From Bacteroidia bacterium (GTDB lineage: Bacteria; Bacteroidota; Bacteroidia; M30B66), in the NCBI GenBank assembly GCA_965279035.1, contig OZ257142.1:608001-672000 (forward strand): a DNA stretch of 64,000 bases, read 5' to 3'. A program made the position numbers and the translations under genes. The stretch's first letter is position 1, and every line of letters begins with the position of its first letter. Shown one piece after another: positions 1 through 8,968 of the stretch. The notes beneath the pieces were generated by a model. That model did no database searches. It saw only the letters and a list, made by a program, of their open reading frames with translations, and was not told the DNA's origin.

Positions 1-390
1 ATCGAAATACATATTAAATGGAACCCGATATTCATCTTGTAGCATTTCAATTTTCTTCAAAATTTCACGTTCAGAGTACTTTGACTCTGGGGCGAAACTT
101 TGCGTTTGTTGAGGAATATTGAGGAAATACAAATCTTTTGTTGAATCAACAATTGTATTCGTTTTAACTGCTCTACGATAATTATTAATAAAGATGTTTT
201 TCATGATGGTATACAACCATGCTTTCAAATTTGTTTTTTCAACAAATCGATGGCGGTTGCTGATTGCCTTCAGCAGCGTTTCTTGAAGAAGGTCTTTTGC
301 TTCTTCATCATTGGAGGTAAGGTTTAATGCAAAGTATTTTAAGGGCTTGCTTAAACTCAAAACTTCGGAGTTGAATTCAAATGCTGACAT
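1..390 (-). CDS. ECF-type sigma-70 factor, 3' end runs off the window (absent from the ORF track)
   Basis: Manual translation from ATG at 390: MSAFEFNSEVLSLSKPLKYFALNLTSNDEEAKDLLQETLLKA...TNLKAWLYTIMKNIFINNYRR. Region-2 signatures DLLQET and AWLYTI are present; the frame is open to position 1. Confidence 0.9.
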   Translation of the reverse strand, partial: MSAFEFNSEVLSLSKPLKYFALNLTSNDEEAKDLLQETLLKAISNRHRFVEKTNLKAWLYTIMKNIFINNYRRAVKTNTIVDSTKDLYFLNIPQQTQSFAPESKYSEREILKKIEMLQDEYRVPFNMYFD

Positions 391-395
391 CTCGT

Positions 396-420
396 TTTGT
401 TTAATCTTTGAACAAATGTA
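396..420 (-). promoter_or_regulatory. -7 promoter box of the ECF sigma gene overlapped by an inverted repeat (candidate operator)
   Basis: CAAATGTA at 413-420 reads TACATTTG on the minus strand. TTTGTTTA-ATCTT-TGAACAAA at 396-416 is an imperfect inverted repeat. Confidence 0.5.
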
Positions 421-572
421 TTAAACATTATGGGATAATCAACATTCTGTTTAAGAATTAACTTAAAATACATGTACCAACATATATGAAATTCAAGATT
501 AACCATGTAAATAGCTTAACATCAATAAAATAGATTCAACTGAAAAAATGTTAAATTTCATTTTAGGCCATT

Positions 573-611
573 AAAAAATGCTATTGAAGGCAAAAGTTCT
601 TCAATAGCATT
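573..611 (-). terminator. Intrinsic terminator downstream of the carH-like gene
   Basis: 13-bp stem AATGCTATTGAAG (577-589) / CTTCAATAGCATT (599-611); the A-run at 573-578 gives a U-tract on the minus strand. Confidence 0.75.
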
Positions 612-655
612 CGAAAAATTGTTGATTCTATGATTAGATTATTTAAACAGAGAGT

Positions 656-1561
656 TTATTTCTTTTGCTCTGCAATTTCAATTAAGTCGAAAACAGATTT
701 GATATTTGTTACATTTTTCCAATGGAACTTAATTTCGCAGGTTTGTGCGCCAGCAACTAGAAGCTTAGTGCTTCCAATTAAACCAGAGATTTTATCGATA
801 TATGCTACGATAGAATCTGGTGAATAAGCAGCCGTAAAAAATGTCAAAATGTACTTTGGATGGTATTTGTTGCAATAGCTTAAAACATCTTCAAGCGGAA
901 CAGTTTGTCCTAAATAAATTACTCGTTTTCCTCTTACTTTTAATATGTATTTTGAAAACAAGAGCCCGATTTCGTGTAATTCTCCATCGGGAAGATACAA
1001 GAGCCAATCATCAGCATCTGGAGCAGCCACACCCGAATAACCATCCACTGCTACAAGGATTTTTTTGCGAATCATGTTGGTCATGAAATGCTCTTGAAAA
1101 ACACTTGCTTCTCCAGTTCTCCACATGATTCCCACTTTTTGTAAAAATGGAATGAGAATGTTGAGCATCGTTTGTTCAAACCCATATTTTAGGGAACTTG
1201 TACTTATTACTTTTTCAAAACGAGCCTCATCCAATTCAATCATAGCAATGACTAAACTATCGGTCTGCGCTTCAAAAAAATGATCAATCGAAACAGGATG
1301 TTGAACCATATCCTGAATTCGTTTGCAAATTTCATCCTGATTGAGTTTAACCAAATGAGATATTTTTCCTCCATGACGAATCAATAAGGAAATGTTCAAT
1401 AGAATTTTTAACTCTTGATCGTTGTATAAGCGAATGTTTGTATCGGTTCTGTCGGGATTTAGCAAATTGTAGCGTTGCTCCCATATGCGAATCGTATGTG
1501 CTTTTATTCCGGAAAGACGCTCCAGATCTTTTATTGTATATTTTGAAGTCATTGAATGCAT
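656..1561 (-). CDS. carH: MerR-family cobalamin-binding transcriptional regulator (CarH/LitR-like photoreceptor)
   Basis: N-terminal MerR HTH (YTIKDLERLSGIKAHTIRIWEQRY), W-x9-EH motif (WRTGEASVFQEH) and B12-binding E-x-H-x-x-G (ELHEIG). Confidence 0.88.
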   Translation of the reverse strand: MHSMTSKYTIKDLERLSGIKAHTIRIWEQRYNLLNPDRTDTNIRLYNDQELKILLNISLLIRHGGKISHLVKLNQDEICKRIQDMVQHPVSIDHFFEAQTDSLVIAMIELDEARFEKVISTSSLKYGFEQTMLNILIPFLQKVGIMWRTGEASVFQEHFMTNMIRKKILVAVDGYSGVAAPDADDWLLYLPDGELHEIGLLFSKYILKVRGKRVIYLGQTVPLEDVLSYCNKYHPKYILTFFTAAYSPDSIVAYIDKISGLIGSTKLLVAGAQTCEIKFHWKNVTNIKSVFDLIEIAEQKK

Positions 1562-1721
1562 TTCCGATTATTCGCTATAGCACATCACTGAGCGTAATTA
1601 AAATTCTTTGATTCAAACAGATGTACTTTTAAAATGTTTAATCCCATTTAAAAGGAGTTTAAACTAAGCAAAACAAACCTATTTGAATTAGTAAGAGTTT
1701 GAAATGATAAGAATCAGTTTT

Positions 1722-2318
1722 TTATTTTGAATTCGATTGGGAATACAATTTAGCAATGTATTTACCCAATATGTCAAATTCAAGATTCACTTGATTCCCA
1801 ACAATCAGGTTTTTGAGATTAGTATTCTCCCATGTATAAGGAATAATAGCTACTTCAAAGGAATTATTTTCAGAATTAATAACCGTTAAACTAACTCCAT
1901 TCACACAGATTGATCCTTTCTCAACGGTGATAAATCCATTTTTAGCTTCATAAAAAAACTTCAACCGCCAACTACCATTTTCATCCCTTATCTCATCCAA
2001 ACTAGCAGTTGTATCAACATGGCCTTGAACTAAATGGCCATCGAGTCGTCCATTCCATTGTAAACAACGTTCAAGATTAACTTCATCGCCCGTTTTTAAA
2101 TTCGAAAGATTGGTTTTGCTGAGTGTTTCTTTTACTGCTGTGACGAAGTAAAAATCCCCTTCAACTTTAGTTACGGTCAAGCAAACTCCATTATGTGACA
2201 AACTTTGATCAACCTTCAATTCATTCGTAAAAGGACAGGATAATTTAAACGTAGTGTTTTCGGCTTCAACTATACGATCATGCACTTTACCTAAGCCTTC
2301 TATAATTCCAGTAAACAT
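1722..2318 (-). CDS. ribE: Riboflavin synthase (alpha chain)
   Basis: Starts with the diagnostic MFTGIIE at 2318; duplicated lumazine-binding repeats (NGVCLTV / NGVSLTV, VNLE) and GHLVQGHVD. Confidence 0.96.
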   Translation of the reverse strand: MFTGIIEGLGKVHDRIVEAENTTFKLSCPFTNELKVDQSLSHNGVCLTVTKVEGDFYFVTAVKETLSKTNLSNLKTGDEVNLERCLQWNGRLDGHLVQGHVDTTASLDEIRDENGSWRLKFFYEAKNGFITVEKGSICVNGVSLTVINSENNSFEVAIIPYTWENTNLKNLIVGNQVNLEFDILGKYIAKLYSQSNSK

Positions 2319-2319
2319 G

Positions 2320-4938
2320 TTAATTTCCATTTTTAGATGACGTTCCAATTACTTGGATTGCTCCTTTTAACGTTGATGTTTGAATTCCATCCAATCGAAT
2401 TTCATTCACTTTGCACACATAAAAATAAACCCCATCAGGAACTTTTAAACCACTCGAAGAATCTGTTCCATTCCAACCTATTTCAGGTTTGTTGCTGCTA
2501 AATAGTTTATTACCCCAACGATTAAAAACGTCAAATTCGACCGACTCGATAAATGCATATGGAAATGGACTAAACACATCGTTTACGCCATCTCCATTTG
2601 GTGAAAAGGTATTGGGTAAATGATAAACCGGACAATTGTCGACACATGTTCGAATGAGAGGACTTTCGTTCATAAACGAATCTACTGCAGCTACTGCATA
2701 ACATCCCGCAATTGAACTCCCAGGAAAATGAATGAAACTCAGTTGCTGTCCTAAAGGAAATTCGTTCAATAAAACCAAAGTACCGGAAGTAGTTTCTGAA
2801 CGATAAATTCGGATTAATACCACATCATTATAACATGTCGAATCGGTCGGAAAATTCCAATGAATTGTATTTTTTAATGAATCACAGTTTGCTTCAACCA
2901 ATGTTTCAGGAGGACAAGGCGCTTGAGTATCTTTTGCACTTGTACAAACTTCTTGAGAAAGATTGAGTATCGGATGAATAAAACCATTGCCACTGTATGC
3001 TCCTACCGATTTCACCCGATAACAATAGGAAACGCCATTTGCTAATCCAAGATCTGAGTAGCTTTTCGTTTTACTATATCCAATGGAGTCAAACTGGATT
3101 GCACTTGGTGTTTTTCGGTACACTATAAACGAATCGTTTTGCCAAGGAACTGAAGTTTGCCAAGTCAAATTCACTTGATTATCGCTTCCGCTTGCCGATA
3201 AATAAATGGATGAAGCGGCTTGACTTTGTCCAACTAAAACCGGATTTCCGGGACTCAAATTCCGAAGCCCAATACGGTAAGTCCATGTTGTTTCAATGGT
3301 ATTCAAAGCAGATGAAATATCGCTGTATGTTGTATCATTTAAGTTATCGAGCGAATCAACCGGAGAAAAAAGATTCCCGTTCATTCCTTGAGCACGCTCT
3401 ACTATGTATCGGAATGGCCCAGGAAATTGAATGGTATCAATTGCTGTAGGTTTTGACCAAGCAATATCTACCTGTGCATTAGAACTTTGAGTTGAAATAA
3501 TACTCACATTCGTTATGACTGGAAGTATTTTGTCGAGTTGTACACAGGTTTCATTCGATGCATAACTCTCGGCACCATCGGCAAATACAGCAATGACCAT
3601 ATAACAATAGGAAGAGCCCGGTAATAATGGTCCCTGATCAGTATAAGTTAAGGTGGATAAACCCGTTACATTACTTAAGAATGTATAACCAGTATACGCT
3701 GGAACACCCGTTTCACAAGGATTTGATGTATATCCATAAAACCCTGATTTACGGTAAATGGCATATCCTATCGCTTGTTCGCAAGGACTTTGTTCCCACG
3801 TTAGTACAACTGATGTGTTTTGACTTACTGCTAGCAAACTTTCTGGAGCCTGAGCAACAACACGAATTTGCATGCTTTCAAAATCTGCCAAATTCGGGTT
3901 TCCATTATCAATCACTTTAAAGCTAAACTGATAAGGTTGTTTGCGCACATGCACACAGGATGTTTCCCAAATAAATTGCTGATTTACACTACCCAATTGG
4001 GTAACAGGAGCAAAAACGGCATTTCCGGGAGCTGGAAATTGAAATGGGCCACCCGTCGCACTTAATGTAATAGATTGTTGAGGGCTATCCGGATCAGATG
4101 CACTAACAGTGAAGTTGAGTATAGTTCCTGCATCAACACATAAATCGGGAAGTGGAACAATGGTCGGAGGTAGATTATTACATGGAACAACGCTAATTTG
4201 CATATCGCGTGTAACTGAACCGATGAGAATACCATGTCGCCATTCTTCTATGACAAACGCTACATTATATTCTCCTATCCCGCTTGGTAATGGGGAATCC
4301 CAAACTAAATCTCCAGTTATTGCATCTAAACTAAAACTGTTACTCGCTATTGGTTGATTGAATCCCGGAATGACTAAACCTCCTTCACCACGACAATCAA
4401 CTAAATGATACGAAATACTATCCCCATCGGGATCGAACGCACCTGGATTGTGAATGAAGATCTGACCTGGGCAAGCTTCGTCGATGGGAGGATTTAATAA
4501 TTGAACTGAATTATTGATTCCCAGAAAGGGATTGATGACTAGTTGGGTAGAAACATAAAAGGGAATGTTTACCGAATTGGGAATATTTACCAATCCACCA
4601 TTGCGATTAGGGTCTTCAAAACTGATTGTATAGATTGAAGGCCCAGGATAAGTATGAACACCAACGTAAATATTTTTCTTGATCGATGGGGCAACCAATT
4701 CACCCATGCCCGATCCGTTAATTCTAGGTATGGTATCTATAGATCCATCGCCCCAACTTATGCCCAAATCAGGTCTGTCGGCAGGGCTATCTGATTTGGT
4801 ATAGGTAATAATCGTGGCTTCATATTGAAAACCACCGAGGTGGCGATACGTAATTTCTCCAGCACGATTGTGCGTAGCATGAAGCAAACTACTTATGAGT
4901 AGTCCGAAAAGCAATAAAATCAGCTGACCGGTGCGCAT
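2320..4938 (-). CDS. Secreted multidomain (FN3/Ig-like) protein with T9SS type-B (gliding motility-associated) CTD
   Basis: Signal peptide from MRTGQL (4938), N-terminal HNRAGEITY motif, FN3-like repeats, C-terminal PNTFSPNGDGVND...FNRWG...DGVYFY. Confidence 0.85.
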   Translation of the reverse strand: MRTGQLILLLFGLLISSLLHATHNRAGEITYRHLGGFQYEATIITYTKSDSPADRPDLGISWGDGSIDTIPRINGSGMGELVAPSIKKNIYVGVHTYPGPSIYTISFEDPNRNGGLVNIPNSVNIPFYVSTQLVINPFLGINNSVQLLNPPIDEACPGQIFIHNPGAFDPDGDSISYHLVDCRGEGGLVIPGFNQPIASNSFSLDAITGDLVWDSPLPSGIGEYNVAFVIEEWRHGILIGSVTRDMQISVVPCNNLPPTIVPLPDLCVDAGTILNFTVSASDPDSPQQSITLSATGGPFQFPAPGNAVFAPVTQLGSVNQQFIWETSCVHVRKQPYQFSFKVIDNGNPNLADFESMQIRVVAQAPESLLAVSQNTSVVLTWEQSPCEQAIGYAIYRKSGFYGYTSNPCETGVPAYTGYTFLSNVTGLSTLTYTDQGPLLPGSSYCYMVIAVFADGAESYASNETCVQLDKILPVITNVSIISTQSSNAQVDIAWSKPTAIDTIQFPGPFRYIVERAQGMNGNLFSPVDSLDNLNDTTYSDISSALNTIETTWTYRIGLRNLSPGNPVLVGQSQAASSIYLSASGSDNQVNLTWQTSVPWQNDSFIVYRKTPSAIQFDSIGYSKTKSYSDLGLANGVSYCYRVKSVGAYSGNGFIHPILNLSQEVCTSAKDTQAPCPPETLVEANCDSLKNTIHWNFPTDSTCYNDVVLIRIYRSETTSGTLVLLNEFPLGQQLSFIHFPGSSIAGCYAVAAVDSFMNESPLIRTCVDNCPVYHLPNTFSPNGDGVNDVFSPFPYAFIESVEFDVFNRWGNKLFSSNKPEIGWNGTDSSSGLKVPDGVYFYVCKVNEIRLDGIQTSTLKGAIQVIGTSSKNGN

Positions 4939-5031
4939 GGAATTCGGGATTGGAAAGATAAGGATTCCAACGAATGGCGCTTCGAATTGTTGGAAAGCAA
5001 AAACGGGAAGCAAATGCCCCCCGTTTTGTAC

Positions 5032-7245
5032 TTAGTTTCCGAATTGAGAAATAAACTTGAGCCGCATTAAACGAAGCTCGTTTTCTCCAATTTCATCATC
5101 TCCCATTTCCTGAACTGCTGTTGCCATTGAATCGGTTTCTGCCTTGCGGAAATAATCCATGATTTCGTCTTGAATGTCTTCGTCTATCACATCATCAATG
5201 TAATAACTAATGTCGAGGCGTGTTCCAGAATAAACAATCGCTTCCATTTCTTCTATGAGAGCAACCAAGGTGAGTCCTTTGGAAGCAGCAATGTCTTCGA
5301 GTGAAATTTTACGATCAACGCTCTGAATGATGAAAACCTTTTGAGTGGATTTATTGACCACACTTTTCACCACCATATTCAATGGACGATCTACTTCGTT
5401 TTCTTGAACATATTGAGCAATCGTTTCCACAAATTCTTTTCCGTATTTCTCCGCTTTTCCTGCTCCAACACCTGCAATTTGTTTTAGCTCATCGAGGGTA
5501 ATTGGATATTGAATGGTCATATCGACCAAAGATTGCTCTTGGAAAATCACGTAAGGAGGCATATTCATGCGCTTCGCAATTTTACGAGTCAGATCTTTTA
5601 ACATGGAGAAAAGAACTTCGTCTGCAGCGGCGGCACCTTGTCCGGCTGATGCTATTTCATCTTCATCATCTGTATCGCTATAGTCATGATCATCGGTGAT
5701 CATCACTGGATATGGATTTTCGATGAAATCTGTACCCGATTTACTCAAATGAAGCGTTCCGTAGTTTTCAATTTCCTTTTCAAGAAATCCCATGACAACC
5801 GCTTGTCGAATAACGCCATTCCAATACAAGGTAGAGTGCTCAGAACCTTTACCGAACAATTCTATTTGATCGTGTTTGTAGGAAGTAATTGCGGAATCAA
5901 TCGTTCCAGTAAGAATATGATTGATATGCTTGTCCTTGAATTTTCCTTTTAATAATGCAACCGTATCGAGCACAAGACAAATGTCTTCCATGGCATCGAA
6001 CTTTTTCTTCGGATGACGGCAGTTGTCACACATGTTGTTGCAACCACTTTCGTCGTATTCTTCGCCGAAATAATGGAGTAAATATTTACGACGGCACATG
6101 GAAGTTTCAGCATAACCAACTGTTTCGGCTAGTAATTGCTGACCAATTTCCTGTTCTGCAACGTGTTTATTTTTAAGGAATTTCTCGAGTTTTTGAATGT
6201 CGTCGAAGCTGTAGAATGAAAGGCAAACACCTTCTCCACCATCACGTCCAGCGCGACCAGTTTCTTGGTAATAGCCTTCAAGACTTTTCGGCATTTCGTG
6301 ATGAATCACAAAACGTACGTCTGGCTTGTCGATTCCCATACCGAAGGCAATGGTTGCAACAATCACATCCGCTTCTTCCATAAGGAATTTATCCTGATGC
6401 GAAGCACGTGTAGAAGCATCTAAACCAGCATGATATGGAAGTGCTTTAATACCATTCACATTGAGAGTTTCAGCAATTTCTTCCACCTTTTTGCGGCTAA
6501 GGCAATAGATAATTCCTGATTTACCGGGATGTTGCTTGATGAATTTGATGATTTCTTTCGCGACATTTTTCTTCGGACGAACCTCATAATACAGGTTAGC
6601 ACGATTGAATGAACTTTTAAACAGGGTTGTTTCAACCATGTTCAAGTTCTTCATAATGTCCTGTTGCACTTTGGGTGTAGCAGTAGCAGTAAGAGCCATG
6701 ATTGGAACAGTTCCAATTGCTTCTATGATAGAACGAAGCCGGCGATACTCAGGACGGAAATCATGTCCCCACTCTGAAATACAATGCGCTTCGTCGATTG
6801 CGAAAAAGCTGATATTGATTTCTCGGAAGAACTGTACGTTTTCGTCTTTGGTCAAGGACTCAGGTGCTACATATAATAGTTTTGTAACTCCATTGGTGAT
6901 GTCTTCCCGAACGCGTGTGATTTCCGCTTTGTTAAGTGATGAGTTTAGGAAATGTGCAATTCCTGTTGCTCCACCAAAATTCCGTATCGAATCAACCTGA
7001 TTCTTCATCAAGGCAATCAAAGGAGAAACAATGATTGCAGTTCCTTCAGATATTAAAGCAGGCAATTGATAGCACATCGACTTACCACCGCCTGTAGGCA
7101 TGATAACAAATGTGTCGTTGCCATCGAGAATGTTTCGAATGATGGCCTCCTGCTCACCTTTGAACTTAGTAAATCCAAAATACTTCTTTAAATGACCTGT
7201 GAGGTCTATCGTCGTTTCGACAGCTTCCAACATGCTGTTTATCAA
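5032..7245 (-). CDS. recQ: ATP-dependent DNA helicase RecQ
   Basis: MPTGGGKS, DEAHCISEWGHDFRP, TATAT, QETGRAGRDG, Zn-binding CRRK...CDNC, RQC and HRDC regions. The start may be a few codons in (MLEAVE, 7233). Confidence 0.97.
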   Translation of the reverse strand: MINSMLEAVETTIDLTGHLKKYFGFTKFKGEQEAIIRNILDGNDTFVIMPTGGGKSMCYQLPALISEGTAIIVSPLIALMKNQVDSIRNFGGATGIAHFLNSSLNKAEITRVREDITNGVTKLLYVAPESLTKDENVQFFREINISFFAIDEAHCISEWGHDFRPEYRRLRSIIEAIGTVPIMALTATATPKVQQDIMKNLNMVETTLFKSSFNRANLYYEVRPKKNVAKEIIKFIKQHPGKSGIIYCLSRKKVEEIAETLNVNGIKALPYHAGLDASTRASHQDKFLMEEADVIVATIAFGMGIDKPDVRFVIHHEMPKSLEGYYQETGRAGRDGGEGVCLSFYSFDDIQKLEKFLKNKHVAEQEIGQQLLAETVGYAETSMCRRKYLLHYFGEEYDESGCNNMCDNCRHPKKKFDAMEDICLVLDTVALLKGKFKDKHINHILTGTIDSAITSYKHDQIELFGKGSEHSTLYWNGVIRQAVVMGFLEKEIENYGTLHLSKSGTDFIENPYPVMITDDHDYSDTDDEDEIASAGQGAAAADEVLFSMLKDLTRKIAKRMNMPPYVIFQEQSLVDMTIQYPITLDELKQIAGVGAGKAEKYGKEFVETIAQYVQENEVDRPLNMVVKSVVNKSTQKVFIIQSVDRKISLEDIAASKGLTLVALIEEMEAIVYSGTRLDISYYIDDVIDEDIQDEIMDYFRKAETDSMATAVQEMGDDEIGENELRLMRLKFISQFGN

Positions 7246-7690
7246 TAATTATTAAACAAATCGCAATTTCCGAGCACTCTTAACAATGCTTCTTGTGTAT
7301 TGTTATCAATCCGGAAAATTATCGGGTGATTCATTTGCATAAACGCAAAATCATCCTTAAAGATACACTTAATAATCGTTTTGCAAAGAAAATCATTGCC
7401 CTGAGCTAATAATTTTTAATTGACTGATAAGCAGATACTTAAAATACTCCTTTCGGGTTTATCAAACCAAATGATAGAAAAGTTGAAAATCCAAACGTCG
7501 TTTTTTAACACGTTCTTAACAAGAAGCCATTTTGACTATGGGAAAAATCAAAACATAATATCGAAAACAAGGGGTAAGACTTTGGAATCTCAAAATAAAA
7601 TTTGGTAAAAAATGGGTGATTTTGACTGAAATAAACGCATTCTACTCTTGCATCAACGATTCAGATTGCGGATGTTTGACAAAAAAATAC

Positions 7691-8962
7691 ATGTCGCAGG
7701 ATTTTTCTTCCGAACGTGCTAATGCATTGGATAATCAAGATGAACTGAATCATTTTCGTACTCGATTTAGGATTCCTCAATTAAATAATAAAGATTCTAT
7801 CTATCTCTGTGGCAATTCGCTTGGTTTGCAACCAGATTCAATTGCCAATTCTATTAAACAAGAATTAGATGATTGGGCAAACTTAGGTGTTGAAGGTCAT
7901 GTTCATGGTCGTCGACCTTGGTTGAGTTACCATGAGCAGTTTGCAGCTCCATTAGCTCGTTTAACTGGCTCACACGAATCGGAAGTTGTTGCCATGAACG
8001 GACTTACCGTGAATCTTCACCTCTTGATGATTTCGTTTTATCGACCGACACAATCACGTTATCGTATTATATGTGAGGAAAAGGCGTTTCCATCAGACAG
8101 TTACGCTTTGAACTCCCAAGCCGCTTTGCATGGTCGAAAACCCGAAGAAGTGATTCATGAAATTGCACCACGACCAGGACAGGCTCATATTGAATTATCG
8201 GATATACTACAAGCCATTGCTGAAGAAGGTGATCGACTTGCAATGGTCATGATTGGTGGTGTGAACTATTATAGCGGACAGGTGTTCGATATGGAAGCGA
8301 TAACAAAGGCTGGACATGCTGTAGGAGCTATGGTTGGATTTGATTTAGCACATGCAATAGGAAACATCGAATTGAAATTACACGATTGGGAAGTTGACTT
8401 TGCCGCTTGGTGTAGTTATAAATACTTGAATTCGGGACCGGGCAGTGTGGCAGGAATTTATATTAACGAAAAACATGCATCCAATCCCAATACCTTTCGC
8501 TTAGCTGGATGGTGGGGACATGATAAGGAATCACGATTTAAAATGGAGCCGGGTTTTCAACCGATTCCAACAGCCGAAAGCTGGCAAATGAGCAATGCGC
8601 CTGTACTTTCGATGGCAGCACATAAAGCATCCTTGGATATTTTCGATGAAGCAGGAATATCAGCATTAATTGCTAAAAGCAAAAAACTCACAAGCTATCT
8701 CTATTCGCTTTTGCTCGAAGTGCAACAATTACCAGGTTTTGAGGGGATGTTTAGTATCATTACACCCGAAGAGCGTGGTTGTCAGCTTTCCTTATTATTT
8801 CATCGCGAAGGAAAAGCAGTTTTCGATCACCTATTTGCTCAGGGCATCATTGCCGATTGGCGAGAACCTAATGTCATTCGAATAGCTCCAGTGCCTTTGT
8901 ATAATAGCTTTTTGGATGCATTTCAGTTTGCTCAATCATTATCAACTTACACATCAAAATAA
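7691..8962 (+). CDS. kynU: Kynureninase
   Basis: YLCGNSLGLQP, DLAHAIGN, WCSYKYLNSGPG (PLP lysine), GWWGH. Start taken at MSQDF (7691). Confidence 0.95.
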   Translation: MSQDFSSERANALDNQDELNHFRTRFRIPQLNNKDSIYLCGNSLGLQPDSIANSIKQELDDWANLGVEGHVHGRRPWLSYHEQFAAPLARLTGSHESEVVAMNGLTVNLHLLMISFYRPTQSRYRIICEEKAFPSDSYALNSQAALHGRKPEEVIHEIAPRPGQAHIELSDILQAIAEEGDRLAMVMIGGVNYYSGQVFDMEAITKAGHAVGAMVGFDLAHAIGNIELKLHDWEVDFAAWCSYKYLNSGPGSVAGIYINEKHASNPNTFRLAGWWGHDKESRFKMEPGFQPIPTAESWQMSNAPVLSMAAHKASLDIFDEAGISALIAKSKKLTSYLYSLLLEVQQLPGFEGMFSIITPEERGCQLSLLFHREGKAVFDHLFAQGIIADWREPNVIRIAPVPLYNSFLDAFQFAQSLSTYTSK

Positions 8963-8968
8963 TCGAAT

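Noticed and set aside
1562-1721. FMN or cobalamin riboswitch near ribE/carH
   Set aside because: No conserved riboswitch core recognised by eye, and ribE has no leader (1 nt from the upstream stop). An Infernal/Rfam scan would be decisive.
7420-7608. 62-aa ORF in the recQ-kynU spacer, and the 25-codon N-terminal extension of kynU from 7616
   Set aside because: TTG/GTG starts in AT-rich DNA overlapping probable regulatory motifs, with no recognisable protein features. The kynureninase-like sequence begins at MSQDF (7691).
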